This document shows positions 25,561 to 38,224 of a DNA stretch of 64,000 nt, piece by piece. Source of the stretch: Hypanus sabinus (taxonomy: Eukaryota). Positions within the stretch are counted from its first letter, which is position 1. Every line of letters begins with the position of its first letter. The stretch lies in the NCBI RefSeq assembly GCF_030144855.1, contig NC_082727.1:42656001-42720000 (forward strand). Direction: 5' to 3'. The notes beneath the pieces were generated by a model. The model was not told the origin of the DNA. It saw nothing but the letters and a program-made list of their open reading frames with translations, and made no database searches. The position numbers and the translations under genes were made by a program.

Positions 25561-27589
25561 GGTGACACTGTTTTGTAAATCCCAGAAACTTTCTCCCATT
25601 CCTCCTGCCTTTTCCATCAGTTGGTTTAAATCCATAATAAGAAACTTGCTTTCTTCGTTCTAGCTCCAATTTTGTACATCGCCCTTTTCTGCCATATTTT
25701 GTAAAATGGATACTATGAAGAGTTTATAGCGCGCACTAAATTACTTAAAGGGATGTATTTTCAGAATTAGCGCCTATTTCACTGGAAGGCAGACGCGGAA
25801 TCCTCGAAACGTGTGAAAAGATTGAATTCGAATGAAAACCTTTGTCGGTAAAGTGAGAAATCCCATTTGAACCCAACTAAACCACGTTCTGCATTAGATT
25901 GTGGAACTGATAAGGACAATAAACATTTCAGTTAACTTCACTTGGATCGGTTTCACTAGTTAAAATCACTTTCACAATTTGGCCAAGTGCTATTGGAAGA
26001 AAGTCTTTATATTCAAACATTCACACGTATGTAACAAAAGTTGAGCTCTTTGTAGACTCGGGAAATCTGCTCTGAAGGGCTGCATAAATCATTTATGAGA
26101 ATTTTTAGCAAATATCCACGTTTTTATGCACTGCGTAGTTGAGTTTCGCAGTGCATCCTGTAGTTAATAGGACCCAACCCCAAATAATGTTAATAGTGTG
26201 ACAATAATAGCGTGGAGAATAAACAAAGGAGATGAAAGGTGGTGGTGTGTAGGCCAGGACTCCGCACGCGATCCTGTTGGACGAGGTATTGGGGGATCGC
26301 TCAGCAGGCAGGACGCTTACCTACTGGGTTAATTGTTTTCATTTACTCCTTGATCGTCTGACACATCAACAGTCAGTGTCACTGTTCATGGTGTGAACCT
26401 GCTCTCCGGCAGGTCTAATGCAAATTAAAAGTGCTTCGCAGCGGATTTAATCGATTTACAATTGAGAGGATATCGAACTGCAAACTTAATTCAAGTTTGA
26501 CTGTCAAGGCTTCAAGCAGTTTGGTTCAGCCTAAGACGCTGGCCGTGTAAAACGAATGAAGCCAGCGACAGGCCGCCGAGATAGCGGCAAACTCTGAAAC
26601 AGATGACTTTCATCTTCCCGGATACGCAACTAACGAAACTTGGTGCAATCCAAGTCAGATACGTAGGGGCTGTGGTGTTGAAACTGAAGTAGCGTTAGTA
26701 TTAGTCCAAGTTGCCCCTTGTATTTGGAGAGATAACAGCAGGGAGAGAATATATACCTTTAATGTTTATAGAAGGTCTTGTAACTGCGTAATAAACCAAT
26801 ACCCCTCAACAGATCACATACAGAATCGACCTTCTCCCGCTGCTGAGTGCTTTCACATTTGCTATTACTATTACAATTGTGGCAATACCAGCAAATCCCT
26901 AGGCCACCCGGTCCCTCAAACTTGCACCGCAATTTAATACGATTTTGGCTGAGCTAAATGCAATTTTAACTCCATATTTAGACTATCCGTGTCACCTTTC
27001 ACCTCCTCAATATTACATATCAATTTGCCTTAAAATATACCAAATTATCTTAAGATATATCAAATAGATTGTAAAAGTAATTTATTCTTGAGAAAATTCA
27101 GGTCCCTTTTAAACCCTATAGATATTGATTCTGAACGTTTGTGTATTGCACTTGATGTGAATCACACAGGTCAACATCCAGCATCTGCAGATTTCCTCGT
27201 GTTTGATGGTTCTTCAAACATAGGTTCCAGAAGAAGCATTCTTTGGTAATCTTTTTACATTCCAATAAACAGGCATTTTTAGAAAGGATAGACCTGAAAA
27301 GAATGGTCTCTTTCTTATTTTTATTAGGGCTGCAAATCTACAATATAAAAAATTAAAAATCATATATCAAACCTACATGATATGTACTACTAATTTTCCA
27401 TCAACAATGACATACAATTTCATACCTTGGTCACAATAACATCTTTTCCTGTATAAAATACATTTTCCTAAATATATTATTCAAATAACAGAGAAATTAA
27501 TGTTAAGGAACTTATCAATTGTATAGATCGACATGGAAAGATCTCAAATCTGACAGGTCATTTGACAAAGAGATATAGACTTACCAAAC

Positions 27590-29247
27590 AGAATAAGTAT
27601 TTTGCACCAGTCCTCGCTGTGGAAGACACTAGAAGTATTGTGGAACTTCCAGGTGTCAGGGGGCATGAAGTGGGTAAAGCTCCATAACTAGAGAGAAGAT
27701 TCTTGGGAAAGTGAAAGATCTGAAGGTAGATAAATCACCTGGATTAGACAGTGTACACCCAGAGTTCTGAAAGAGGTGGCTGAAGAGATTGTGGCAGCAT
27801 TAGCTATGATCTTTCAACCACCACTAGAATCTGGTATGGTTCCAGAAGAGTGGAAAATTGCAAATGTCATTGCACTCTTCAAGAAGGGAGTGAGAAAGAA
27901 GAAGCTAAAGGCCAGTTAGTCTGACCTCTGTGTTGGGAAGATGTTGGAGTTGATTATTAAGGATGTGGTCTCAGGGTACTTGGAGGCACATGATAAAATA
28001 GGACATAGACAGCATGGCTTCCTCAAGGGATAATCTTGCCTGACGAATCTGTTGGAATTCTCTTGAAGAAGTAACAGACAGGATAGACAAAGGTGATTCA
28101 GCTGTGTACTTGGATTTTCAGAAGGCCTTTGACAGGGTGCCACACATGAGTCTGCTTAACAAGCTACTAGTCCATGGTATTACAGGAACTATTCTAGCCT
28201 GGATAAAACAGTGAACGATTGACAGGAGGCAAAATGTGGGAATAAAGGGAGCTTTTGCTGATTAGCTGCCGGAGACTAGTGATGTTCCACAGGGGTCTTT
28301 ATTGGGACCGATTCTTTTTATGTTACATATCAACGATTTAGATGATGGAATTGATGGCTTTGTTGCAAAGCAAAGTTCGCAGATAGTTTTGAGGAATAGA
28401 GAGGCTACAGAAGGACTTCGACAGATTATAAGAATAGACAAAGAAATGGCAGATGGAATAAAGTGTCAGGAAGTGTATGGTCAAGCACTTTGGCAGAAGG
28501 AATGAAAGGGATGATTATTTTCTAAATGGAGAAAAAATACACAAAAATGAGATGCAAAGGGACTTGGGAGTCCTTGTGCAGGACTCCCTAAAGGTTAATT
28601 TGCAGGCTGGGTCAGTGGTGATGAAGGCAATTGCAATGGTAGCATTCATTTCAAGAGGACTAGAATATAAAAGGAAGGATGTAATGTTGATACATTTAAA
28701 AAGCACTGGTGAGATCTTTCTTGTAGTATTATGAGCAGGTTTGGGCTCTTAATCTTAGAATGGCTGTGCTGAAACTGGAGAGGGTTCAAAGAAGGTTTAC
28801 AAAATGATTCCAGGATTGAATGGCTTATCATATTAAGCCTGTCTGATGGCTCTGGGCCTGTATTCACGAGAATTCAGGAGAATTATCTCATTGAATCCTA
28901 TCAAATAGTGAAAGGCCTTGGTGGAGAGGATGTTTCTTATGGTGGGAGAGTCTAAGACAAGAGGATACAACCTCAGTAAAGAGGAACATCCTTTTAGAAT
29001 GGAGATGAGCTGGACTTTCTTTAGCTAGAGAATGGTGAATTTGTGGAATTCTTTTCCATAGGCACCTGTAAGGCTACGTCTTTATGTATATTCAAGGCAG
29101 AGGATGATAGATTGTTGGTTGGTCAGGGCATGAAGGGATACAGGGAAAAGGCAGGAGATTAGGGCTGAGAGGAAAATTGGATCAATCATGATGAAATGGC
29201 AGACTAGATGGGCCAAATGGCCTAAATTTGCTCCTATATCTTATGGT
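27590..29247 (+). mobile_element. CR1-type LINE, 5'-truncated and decayed
   Basis: RT remnants GPILFMLHINDLD, VKHFGRRN and QRDLGVLV, followed by a CR1 3' UTR. Confidence 0.9.
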
Positions 29248-30559
29248 AAGATGGTGAAATAAAGTAATCAATTACCATGTTGCAGGTTACCAACTGGTTA
29301 TAAACTAATTGTAGTTTCATATTCACTTTCTGGAGAAATTGGAGTTAATATGGTGATTGATGTGGTATCAATAAGAAGATTATTTAAAGGGGACTTATTT
29401 CTGAAGACACTAACGTTCAGCAACAGAGCAGTGTAATTAGTTTGGATACACTAACCCACTGAAAAGATGCTTTTATTAATGAAACGTTATAAATCTATCA
29501 GGTGTAATTGTATTGAAATGTTTCATGAGTCAGAGTCCAAAATAAAGCAAGTTAACACTCCAGAGTAATAGAGATAAGAACCGGGCCCTGTGGCCCAACT
29601 GTTGCATGTCTGCCAAGATACCCATCCAAGCTAGTCCCATTTGGCCCATCCCTGTAAACTTTCCTTATTGATGTACCTTTTAAATGTTGTTAATGAGCTT
29701 GCCTGAAACACTTCCTTATAGTGACAATCTTCTGGTGTAAAACTTGCCAACCCGGCTGCTATTAATTCTCTCCCCTCTCACTTAGCCATGCCCTCTAGCT
29801 CTTGATTCCCCAAACCATGTGCACTGATGCTATCTATGCCCCTTATAATTTTAAGCACTGGTGTAAGATCACACCTCCTTCTCTAGTTAAATAAAATGTG
29901 GTTTGCTGCTTTGAATGGACCAACCATTGTTGGGATTTAAATTATAGGTTGATACTGTGGCTTTAGTTATAACCACATTAACAATTATAGTTTTAGCTAA
30001 AACAGGCGTGCTGATTAATGGGTATTGGGCAAGTTCCCTCTCCAAGGAAACCTCTGGCCAGTACTCAATAATTCATGTAAATAAACTTACACCTGCAGAG
30101 TCTGGTGGCATCATGCGGCTTGCTGGAAAATTTCAAGTGAAGCCGAGATCACATTGAGATCAGTCGTGATCTCATTGGATGACAACACTGACTTTGGGAG
30201 CTTTGGCTCCTAATTCAAATTTTGGCGCGAAACTGATAGACGGATATGAGGACCGGAGAGGATTATATCTTCATCCCAGGCATTTGTAGGAGTCTGAAAG
30301 TAACTGCTTTAAAGTCGCCCTTGTCATTTGAAACGTTATTTCAATATAACTGAGGATTCGTGGCCTGTAGTGTAACAAGCTCTACTCTTCCTCGCCACCA
30401 AGAACGCGATTTCGAAAATAGATTCCGTCTGCTTTCTAAACTTCCAATGTATTATGAAGAGAACATTAAATTGGGTAAGCATAAATAATTGAGATTCACG
30501 TAGTGAACTATTCCCTCTAGTTTCAACTGCTTGCTGCCAACCATTTGCCGTTCTGAGAA

Positions 30560-30988
30560 GCAGCAACATGTAGTTCGCATTTAATTGTTGGCAGTTTCGA
30601 TTCATGGGCTCATTAATGACAGGTCGGAAGCGCTTTGCGAATTGCCGACAGCGATTCCAACAGAAAACGATACCTGCTTGGTGTGTGAAAATATATATTG
30701 CTTTGATTATTTATCATGCCTATTTGCGAAACAGCAAGGATCCCTCAGATTCCCCCATTCAAAAAGGCCAGAGAGAAGCGCCGCAGACTTGGTGGAGCCA
30801 GCGTTCACGGATTTGCCGGATACTCAAACACATTAATGATTTCCTAAATTAGAGCCAATTGTTCGGCATTGTCTGCCCGTTATCTTTGCTTTGAAGTATT
30901 TTCACACATGGAAATTGCCGCTGAGCAAGGCCACATAAATTAAGGTGGAGGCTCACGACACGGACTCCAAATTCGAGGCAGAAGGAAG
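30560..30988 (+). promoter_or_regulatory. Ventx gene B proximal promoter / CpG island
   Basis: CATAAAT at 30934, TCF CTTTGAA at 30889 and CTTTGAT at 30701, Sox/SBE overlap CATTGTCTG at 30867, CCAAT at 30855, GCGCCG-CAGAC at ~30778-30788; CpG-rich. Confidence 0.65.
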
Positions 30989-31157
30989 ATGGTGAAAGGA
31001 AACTTTTCAATTGATTGGCTCGCTCGAAGTAGCCACGAGGTGTATAACGAGAAGACGCCTGGTGAAGGTTCTCCGGGGAGTTGCAAACCATCTGTGCCCC
31101 TCACTCAGAATTCTCCCGCAGAAGACTCCACTGTTTCCTGCCTACAAGCACTACCAG
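30989..31157 (+). CDS. ventx: Vent/Vox (Ventx) homeobox gene B, coding exon 1 of 3
   Basis: ATG at 30989 starts MVKGNFSIDWLARSS (Vent/Vox N-terminal motif). Best donor CAG|GTACCG at 31158 (phase 1). An alternative in-phase donor at 31215 makes the 3' boundary uncertain. Confidence 0.82.
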
Positions 31158-31347
31158 GTACCGGTCACTCTACGCTTGAAATGCAAAGACTGTCGCTGCT
31201 TGGGATGGGCGATGGTGACCGAGAGCATCCTCTAAGGGAGGGTCTGACTATTAGTAAAACATTGTTAATAACCCACTACGAGTTGCGATTCCGGATTCTG
31301 CGCCTAACACTGCAGACCCTCACGGTGCATCTTTGCTTAACCCACAG

Positions 31348-31577
31348 GTCAGGAGGATTACTGGAGTTCGGAGAGCGATTCCGGCCGTTCGGAGGGCTCG
31401 GCTGGGGACGACCGAGGGAGAAGCGTGGGTTGTGGTTGTGATGTCCCCCGCCGAGTGCGCACCGCATTCACAGCACAGCAGATCCACAAACTGGAAAAGA
31501 AGTTCAAGCGGCAGACGTACCTGGGGGCGTCCGAGAGGAGCAAACTGGCTGCTTTACTACACCTGTCCGAAACCCAG
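31348..31577 (+). CDS. ventx: Ventx gene B, coding exon 2 (Ser-rich linker plus homeodomain residues 1-44)
   Basis: Acceptor ctttgcttaacccacag|GT. Reads QEDYWSSESDSGRSEGS...PRRVRTAFTAQQIHKLEKKFKRQTYLGASERSKLAALLHLSETQ, with the YLGASER motif typical of Ventx. Donor CAG|GTGAGT at 31578. Confidence 0.93.
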
Positions 31578-31883
31578 GTGAGTGTGTCTTCCTGGCAGCT
31601 CTTACCAGACACTCTGGTATATTTTAATCTATCTGTACACAGAGGGATTGTTTGAAGATACAAAAATAAAACCGTTGGATGTTGAAATGTGAATTTTAAA
31701 CGACTTATAAGCACTGAACGGATCAGGAAAAGGGAAACCATGTTGGAATTCCGACTCCATTCGGAACTAGAAATGGGAAATATTTAATTTGGCAGGGAAA
31801 GGTGGATAGGGAAACCTGAGTAGTATTATGTGGAATTAATTCTGGCTGCGTTTTTTAACTTGAATTTCCTTTCACCCTCCTAG

Positions 31884-32210
31884 GTGAAGACATGGTTTCA
31901 GAACCGTCGAATGAAGCTAAAACGCCAACTGCAGGATCTGTGCTCTGTTTCCTTTGCCACTCCTGCTTTGACCCATTCGGTGCCGATCAGGGAGCCGCTC
32001 TTCGGCCCGTGCACTTTCCCCGGGTACTACATGAACGATCATGGCGTTCTCCACGCCACCAGTAGCCCCCATCGCCACCCACGGCCCGTCTACCCACAGC
32101 TGATCCACGGCCACCGTCCGAGTGTGGAGCAGAGCCTCTCGCGGTACCAGCCTTGCGTTTACCCGCTGATGTTGAACTCCTCTCCAGCTGGATTACATGT
32201 CTATTCCTGA
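31884..32210 (+). CDS. ventx: Ventx gene B, coding exon 3
   Basis: Acceptor tttcctttcaccctcctag|GTG. Encodes VKTWFQNRRMKLKRQLQD followed by a Pro/His/Tyr-rich tail; TGA at 32208-32210. Spliced CDS 169+230+327=726 nt, 241 aa. Confidence 0.93.
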   Translation: MKTWFQNRRMKLKRQLQDLCSVSFATPALTHSVPIREPLFGPCTFPGYYMNDHGVLHATSSPHRHPRPVYPQLIHGHRPSVEQSLSRYQPCVYPLMLNSSPAGLHVYS

Positions 32211-34429
32211 GCGCTGTCACGGCGCAGCAATCCTATACTGGCGGACTTTTCAGAAAGCGAAGGCGTGGCGCACCGTCAGCCAAGTTGGTAAATGTGAGAT
32301 GACGTGCTGGTTTATTTAAAACTCTATTTAAAAGTTTGTAAATTTTCAGTCTATTTTGATTATAAAACTGACAGTTGGAAACTTTTCGATTCTGTGCTGA
32401 TTCAGTACGCTGTTAGAAGCGTTCACCAGATCATAAACCGGAGTAAGAATCCCGCTCTGGAAGCGGCCAAGACACACACGATTCAGTTTCAACGATAGTG
32501 GAGGGCTGGATAGGTGAACTAGTGAAATGATGTAGAACAAACAATTTTTCACAGACATCATCCAGGACAACAATGTCTTTGTAAAGAAATATTGTAGACG
32601 GAACAGTTCGGAAACATAAAAGGAGCGTTATGGGTATATTTGATTGTCAACGTGGCCTTCAGCAAGACGTTAGTATAGTCCCAAATTAATTGCAAAAACG
32701 GTAATCTAGGGTCTGAAAATTAGTATTATGCAAGGATAGCTGTAATGGTGGCAATCCTACAATCGGAACTGCGAAATGTTATTTATTGAGCTACAGCAAT
32801 CTCTTATTTTAACTCTAGATTTGTGGGAGCAATTTGCAATGACCGATTAACCTATCACTCAGTAGGTCTTTGTGGGCTATAGGAGAAAACCCATGTGGTC
32901 ATGAGAATGTACAAATTCCTCAGATAGCAGCTGGAACTGAACCTGGGTCACTGGTACTGTTAACAAGTGAATCACTACGCTACCACACCATCTGATGACA
33001 TTTTTGGATGGTGAAGGGGGTTTTCCTTTCAGTTCAGTGGTTAAGAGATGTGGATAACAAGAGTAAAAGGATTACGGGCTAATGGAAATATTTCTGGTTT
33101 AAGTGTGAAATGTATTGCCTGTAAAGGAATTGGAGAGATGCACTCAATACTGTTTTACACAGTGGAGGAGGCTAATGGATTACCTGATGTAGGTATACAA
33201 TGTACAGAGGGGAATAGATCTACAATAGAGAGGGGAATATTTTTCTTATGATGGGGGAAGTTTTAAGGTTAAAAGTAAAAGATTCTGAGTGGTTGGGAGT
33301 GTGGAATACACTGCCTGAAAAGATGGAGGTGGATACACTCAGATATTTAAGAAGCATCTAACAAAAGCTTTATTTGCCAAGACAATAGAATGCTACAGGC
33401 TTAATGTGGGTAAATGGGTATCCTGGGCTGCACGTAGTGTGGACTGAAGAGGCTGATTACAATAGTTACACCATGAAAAGTGAACTACAAGGTCTGAAAG
33501 CTGTCTGCTGGCATAGATGTGATTGTCCAAGGAGTCCCTGTAGCAGAAATTGACTGTTTAATACAGCATTGCAGTAAAGCTGCATTCCTTGAGAATGTTC
33601 TTTTGCCTATCCAAGACGTTTGTGGAAAAGGCCAAGGAATTACATGAATAGCAGGACATTCCATGACTGAATTCTGCAACTATATGAGTTTTAAATTTGT
33701 GCCATAAAAGTGGCGGAATGTGGGCAGTGGGAAATTGACTGAAGGGTTTCTTGGCCAGAATACTATGTAGAATTCTAAAATATAAACTGCCCAGTAAAAT
33801 GTGTTTACTGAATTATTAACTAAGAATCCCTGGTACATTCATTGACAGGTTGAAGAATTGTAGCTTCCAAACATGGTAAAGTAGTGATCCAATCTGCACA
33901 GCACTAATTACTTGATTTTGGCCCTTGCTTGTCAAATGTTTCAGATATAATTGCAGTGCCAAATGAATTACAGTCACAGTGACTAGACTGGCGCCAGCTT
34001 CTTGCATATTGACAAAAGTGTCATCCAAGCTTCACAAATCTTTGCATTCTCTCAAGCTCAAAGGCAGGGAATAAAAGAATGCCTATATTTCCATAAAGCA
34101 CAAATGGGGGAACTATAGAACATTAATGAAGGCCCTGCCACTTTACATATACACTCTGCATCTCATACCTACAGTGCCTACCCTACTGTGTTTTCATATG
34201 CTCTGCTGATTGTCTTGACAATCTGTTGATTGTCACTCTTGTCACCTCAGCTATTCCTTTATCTAGTGTCACATCTCAGATACTCCTGAACCTAGTGTCA
34301 CTTCATGTACATACAATAGTGTGATGTCACTATTCTTTGTCATCAATATATCCGAGGATTTTTCCTTGGGCAAGTGTCATTAAACAAATGCATAATGTAC
34401 TTTCTTTGAAGCTTGTGTAGATTAGACAT

Positions 34430-34950
34430 TTTACCAAAAACTTCGACAAATTTCTATCAATGTGCAGTGGATAGTATCCAAACCGGTTGCATCATAGCCT
34501 GGTATGGAAACACTAATACCCAGGAATGGAAAGTGGTCAATCACAGGTTAAACCCTCTTCACTATTGAGTACATTTACATGGAACACTGCTACAAGAAAG
34601 TAACACACATTATCAAAGACCCTTTTCATCTCTTCTTGGTACTATCACCAGGTAGGATGTAGAGAACCTTCAGCCCCACACCACCAGGTTCAGGAACAGT
34701 TATTATGCTACAAGTATCGCCCTCCTGAACCAGAGTGGATAACTTCTTTCACCACAACTTTGACATACTCACTTTCAAAGACTTCTTACAACTTATGTTC
34801 TCAGTATTATTTTTATATGCAGTTCATCTTATTTTTTGCGCATTAGTGTTCATTAGTCTTTATTCATCAAAATTTTTCATAATCTATCTTTTCTTGTAAA
34901 TGCTTGTAAGAAAATGAATTTCAAGATAATATAATGCTAACATAAATGCA
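34430..34950 (+). mobile_element. Rex-type LINE 3' remnant
   Basis: caccaccaggttcaggaacagttatt motif shared with 60130-60530. Confidence 0.6.
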
Positions 34951-35629
34951 CTTATACAAAAAACAACTTTATATTTAAACATAGGTGCACAGTGAATTTT
35001 TGACATTCGTAGATCATAGTCAACCCAGGATCAGAGACCCACAGAGTGAGAACAGCACAGGCTCAGTCTGTTATTTTGAGTGTGATTGGCAATCGGAATA
35101 AAAGGGTGTTTCTTCAGATTACTACAATTCATAAGACAAAGTGAAGTTAAAATCTTTAATTAGAGCAGTTATTTTTTGAAATGGAATAAAATCCCTAGGG
35201 TGATTAATATTGTGATTTACATTCTTTGATGAAAAATGGCAGAAAATAGGAGCTCAGTTAAAAGATGAGCCTCTTCTACTTGGATTATATTTTAAATTAT
35301 GGGACAAATTTATATTGAAAAGCTGGCTGCATGTGAGTATTCGCAAATGGCCTGGATGACTCTACTCAGCCGAAGGACAAGAGGACTGGGAGGGAATGGG
35401 TGATCCTCAGATAGAGAAAGGGAGACAGGGAAACCTTAGGGTGCTAATCATCCCGAATCTTTTTTTCTGCAAGGGGGCAGGTTGTATAATGAAAGCTAAA
35501 GCATAGGATATGTCATCATGTGTGATTCTACCTGTCCCATTGCAGGAAGGATGTAGCAGCTTTGGAAAGGGTAAAGCATAGGTTTACCTGGAAGCTGCCT
35601 TGATTAGACAATATGGTGTGTCAGTCCAA

Positions 35630-36330
35630 TCACAAACAAGAGAAAATTTGCAGATGCTGGAAATCCAAGCAACATCCACACAACATTGGAGGAACTCAGC
35701 AGGTCAGGCAGCATCAATGGGAAAGATTACAGCCAATGTTTCAGGCTGAAACCCTTCATCCGGACTAGAGAAAAGAAGGTGAGTCAGAGTAGGAAGGGGA
35801 GGATGAAATTCAAGGTGATAGGTGAAACCAGGAGTGGGGGAAGGATGAAGTAAAGAGCTGGGAACTTGATTGGTGAAAGAGTTACTGGGCTAGGGAAAGG
35901 GGAAGGAGAGGACAAAAGGACTTGGAAGAATGAAAAGGGGGAGGGATGGGCAGGTAAGGAGATAAGGTGAGAGAGAGAAAAGGGAACAGGGAATGGTGAA
36001 AGGGGGGCATTACTGAAAGTTCCTTCATGCCATCAGACTGGAGGCTACCTAGCCGTAACTTAAGGTGTTTCTCCTCCAAATTGAGAGTTCCCTCATTGCA
36101 GCAGTAGAGGAGACCATGGACTAACATGTCAGCATAGTGATGGGAAGTGGAATTAAAATGACCAATTAAACCACCAACCTTTGGACAGTGGGAAGAAACT
36201 GGAACACCCGGAGGAAATCCACGTAGTCACGGGGAGAACGCACAAACTCCTTACAGGCAGCGACGGAAAAGAACCTGGGTCACTGGTATCGTAGAGTGGT
36301 GTGCAAACCACTACACTACCATGTTGCCCC
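35630..36330 (-). mobile_element. Penelope 3' end (35630-36160) with adjacent V-SINE (36165-36330)
   Basis: NLEEKHLKLRLGSLQSDGM peptide; V-SINE core ggatttcctccgggtgttccagtttcttccc on the minus strand. Confidence 0.8.
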
Positions 36331-37523
36331 TCAGCAAATTTCAAAGGAAGTTGCTGAACCAATGATGTTCAAAAATTGCATTTGAATGCTCTGATTGCCT
36401 GTCTTTTCAGGAATTTTAATATCTCATGTGTTTGGGGCATAATTAAAAAGTGCCATTTTCAGCATCACCATTAAATACTTACAGCTTGAATTCAAAGGCT
36501 CTTGTATCGTCAAACATAACACCAGATCCCTGTAACTTGGTGTTCAAGTAATCTAAATGTGAAAGGAAATCTGCAAAAGATGTCAATCTACAAATCCACA
36601 TAATGTAACTGAGCTTGACAAAAACATTTTTCACTTGTCAAAACAGATGAATTGCATCAACACACTGTCTTGTTTGAAGACAGACTCCTATGAAGCCAAT
36701 GAATACAGTACTGTTGTATGTAAGTAGTCTTGTATACACTGAGTTCACCTTAGTAAATTCTGAAATTGGCTTTTTTTTATCAAAACACGTCCACAAAATA
36801 AAATTAATTGCCTTGGTTACAACTTTCATCACACCAAGTTCCTTAAGGCTAGCTTTTGCGCACAGTGTTTGTTCACATCACACACAGCCCCTCATGGTCC
36901 CAGAACACATTCTACACAGTCAGGAAAACTCACCAAGTCTCTACTGACCAAGCTTCCTGACAAGCTGCCCCTCTGCTTGGCATGGAAACTCCACTGTCAT
37001 AAACCAGCACACTTTACAATGGGTGGTCAAAACTGCCCAATGCACGAGCCCACAATCAAAAAGACATAAATACAGCAAGGTGCTGGAAAAGTGGTATTAG
37101 CATCATGAAGGATACGACCACCCTGCTCATGCCCCACTTTTCTCAGGGAAGAGGCTATGTAGAATCCACAATAGGACTACCTGACTCAAAAATAGTTACT
37201 TTCCCCAAGCAGTAAGTCTGATCAACACCTCCACCCACTAACTCCACCAGTACTCATATTTTTTTTCCTGTTAGGCACCTTATGTACAGCCTAGTGTCAC
37301 TTTATGGTCATACAATCAATGTATATAAGCTATCTTATATATTTATTGCATTTAAAAATTATTATTGTTGCTTATTTGTGTTTTTTGTGCTGCATTGGAT
37401 CCAGAGTAGCAATTAACCAATTTTTACCAATCAAACTGGATGCACCATAGTTGTCACAGAAACTATTTTTGAAACTAATTTGTCGACCAGACCATTCTTT
37501 TACTGGTGCCTTACATACGTTTA

Positions 37524-38057
37524 CACTCATTGGGCATTTTATTATGTGATTCCTGTACCTAATAAAGTAGCCTCTGAGTGTATGTTTGCAGTCTTCTATC
37601 TCTGTATCCCATCCACTTCCAAGTTTGATGTGTTATGCATTCGAAGATGTTCTTCTGCACAACACTGTTGTAATATATGATTATTTGAGTTATTGTCAGC
37701 TTGAACCAATCTGACCATTCTTCTCTGATCTTTCTCATTAACAAGGTATTTTTACTCAGAACTGTGGCTCACTGGATGATTATTGTTTTTTTTTGCACCA
37801 TTCTCTGTAAGCTCTCAAGACTGTTATGTGTGAAAATCCCAGGAGATCAGCAGTTTCTGAGATAATCAAACCACCCCATCTGGCACCAACAATCATTCCA
37901 TGGTCAGCCAATTGGATCACAATTCTTCCCCGTTCTAATGCTTGGTCTGAACAAGAACTGAGCCTCTTGACCATGTCTGCATGCTTTTATGCACTGAGTT
38001 GTTGCCACGTGATTGGCATTAATGTGCAGGTGTACCTAATAAAGTGGCTAATGAGTG
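37524..38057 (-). mobile_element. Internally deleted Tc1-like element
   Basis: Imperfect TIRs CACTCATTgggcaTTTTATTA ... TAATAAAgtggctAATGAGTG flanked by TA on both sides. Residual HTH peptide GMIVGARWGGLIISETADLLGFSHITVLRAYREWC. Confidence 0.8.
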
Positions 38058-38224
38058 TACTTCAACTCCGGTGTTTGGTATCTCATCAAAATTGAACAAT
38101 AATGATTAGTCCAGCCTATGGTGTAACATCAAAGTTTTCATCAAGGAAATGGAAATAAATTTGAATGAACTAATACCTTTTGTTATTTGTTCTCCTATGT
38201 TTGATCCCATCATTAATATTCTAA

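Noticed and set aside
33985-33997. AGACTGGCGCCAG palindrome downstream of gene B
   Set aside because: BRE7 core without a correctly spaced SBE, in CpG-poor surroundings; too weak alone.
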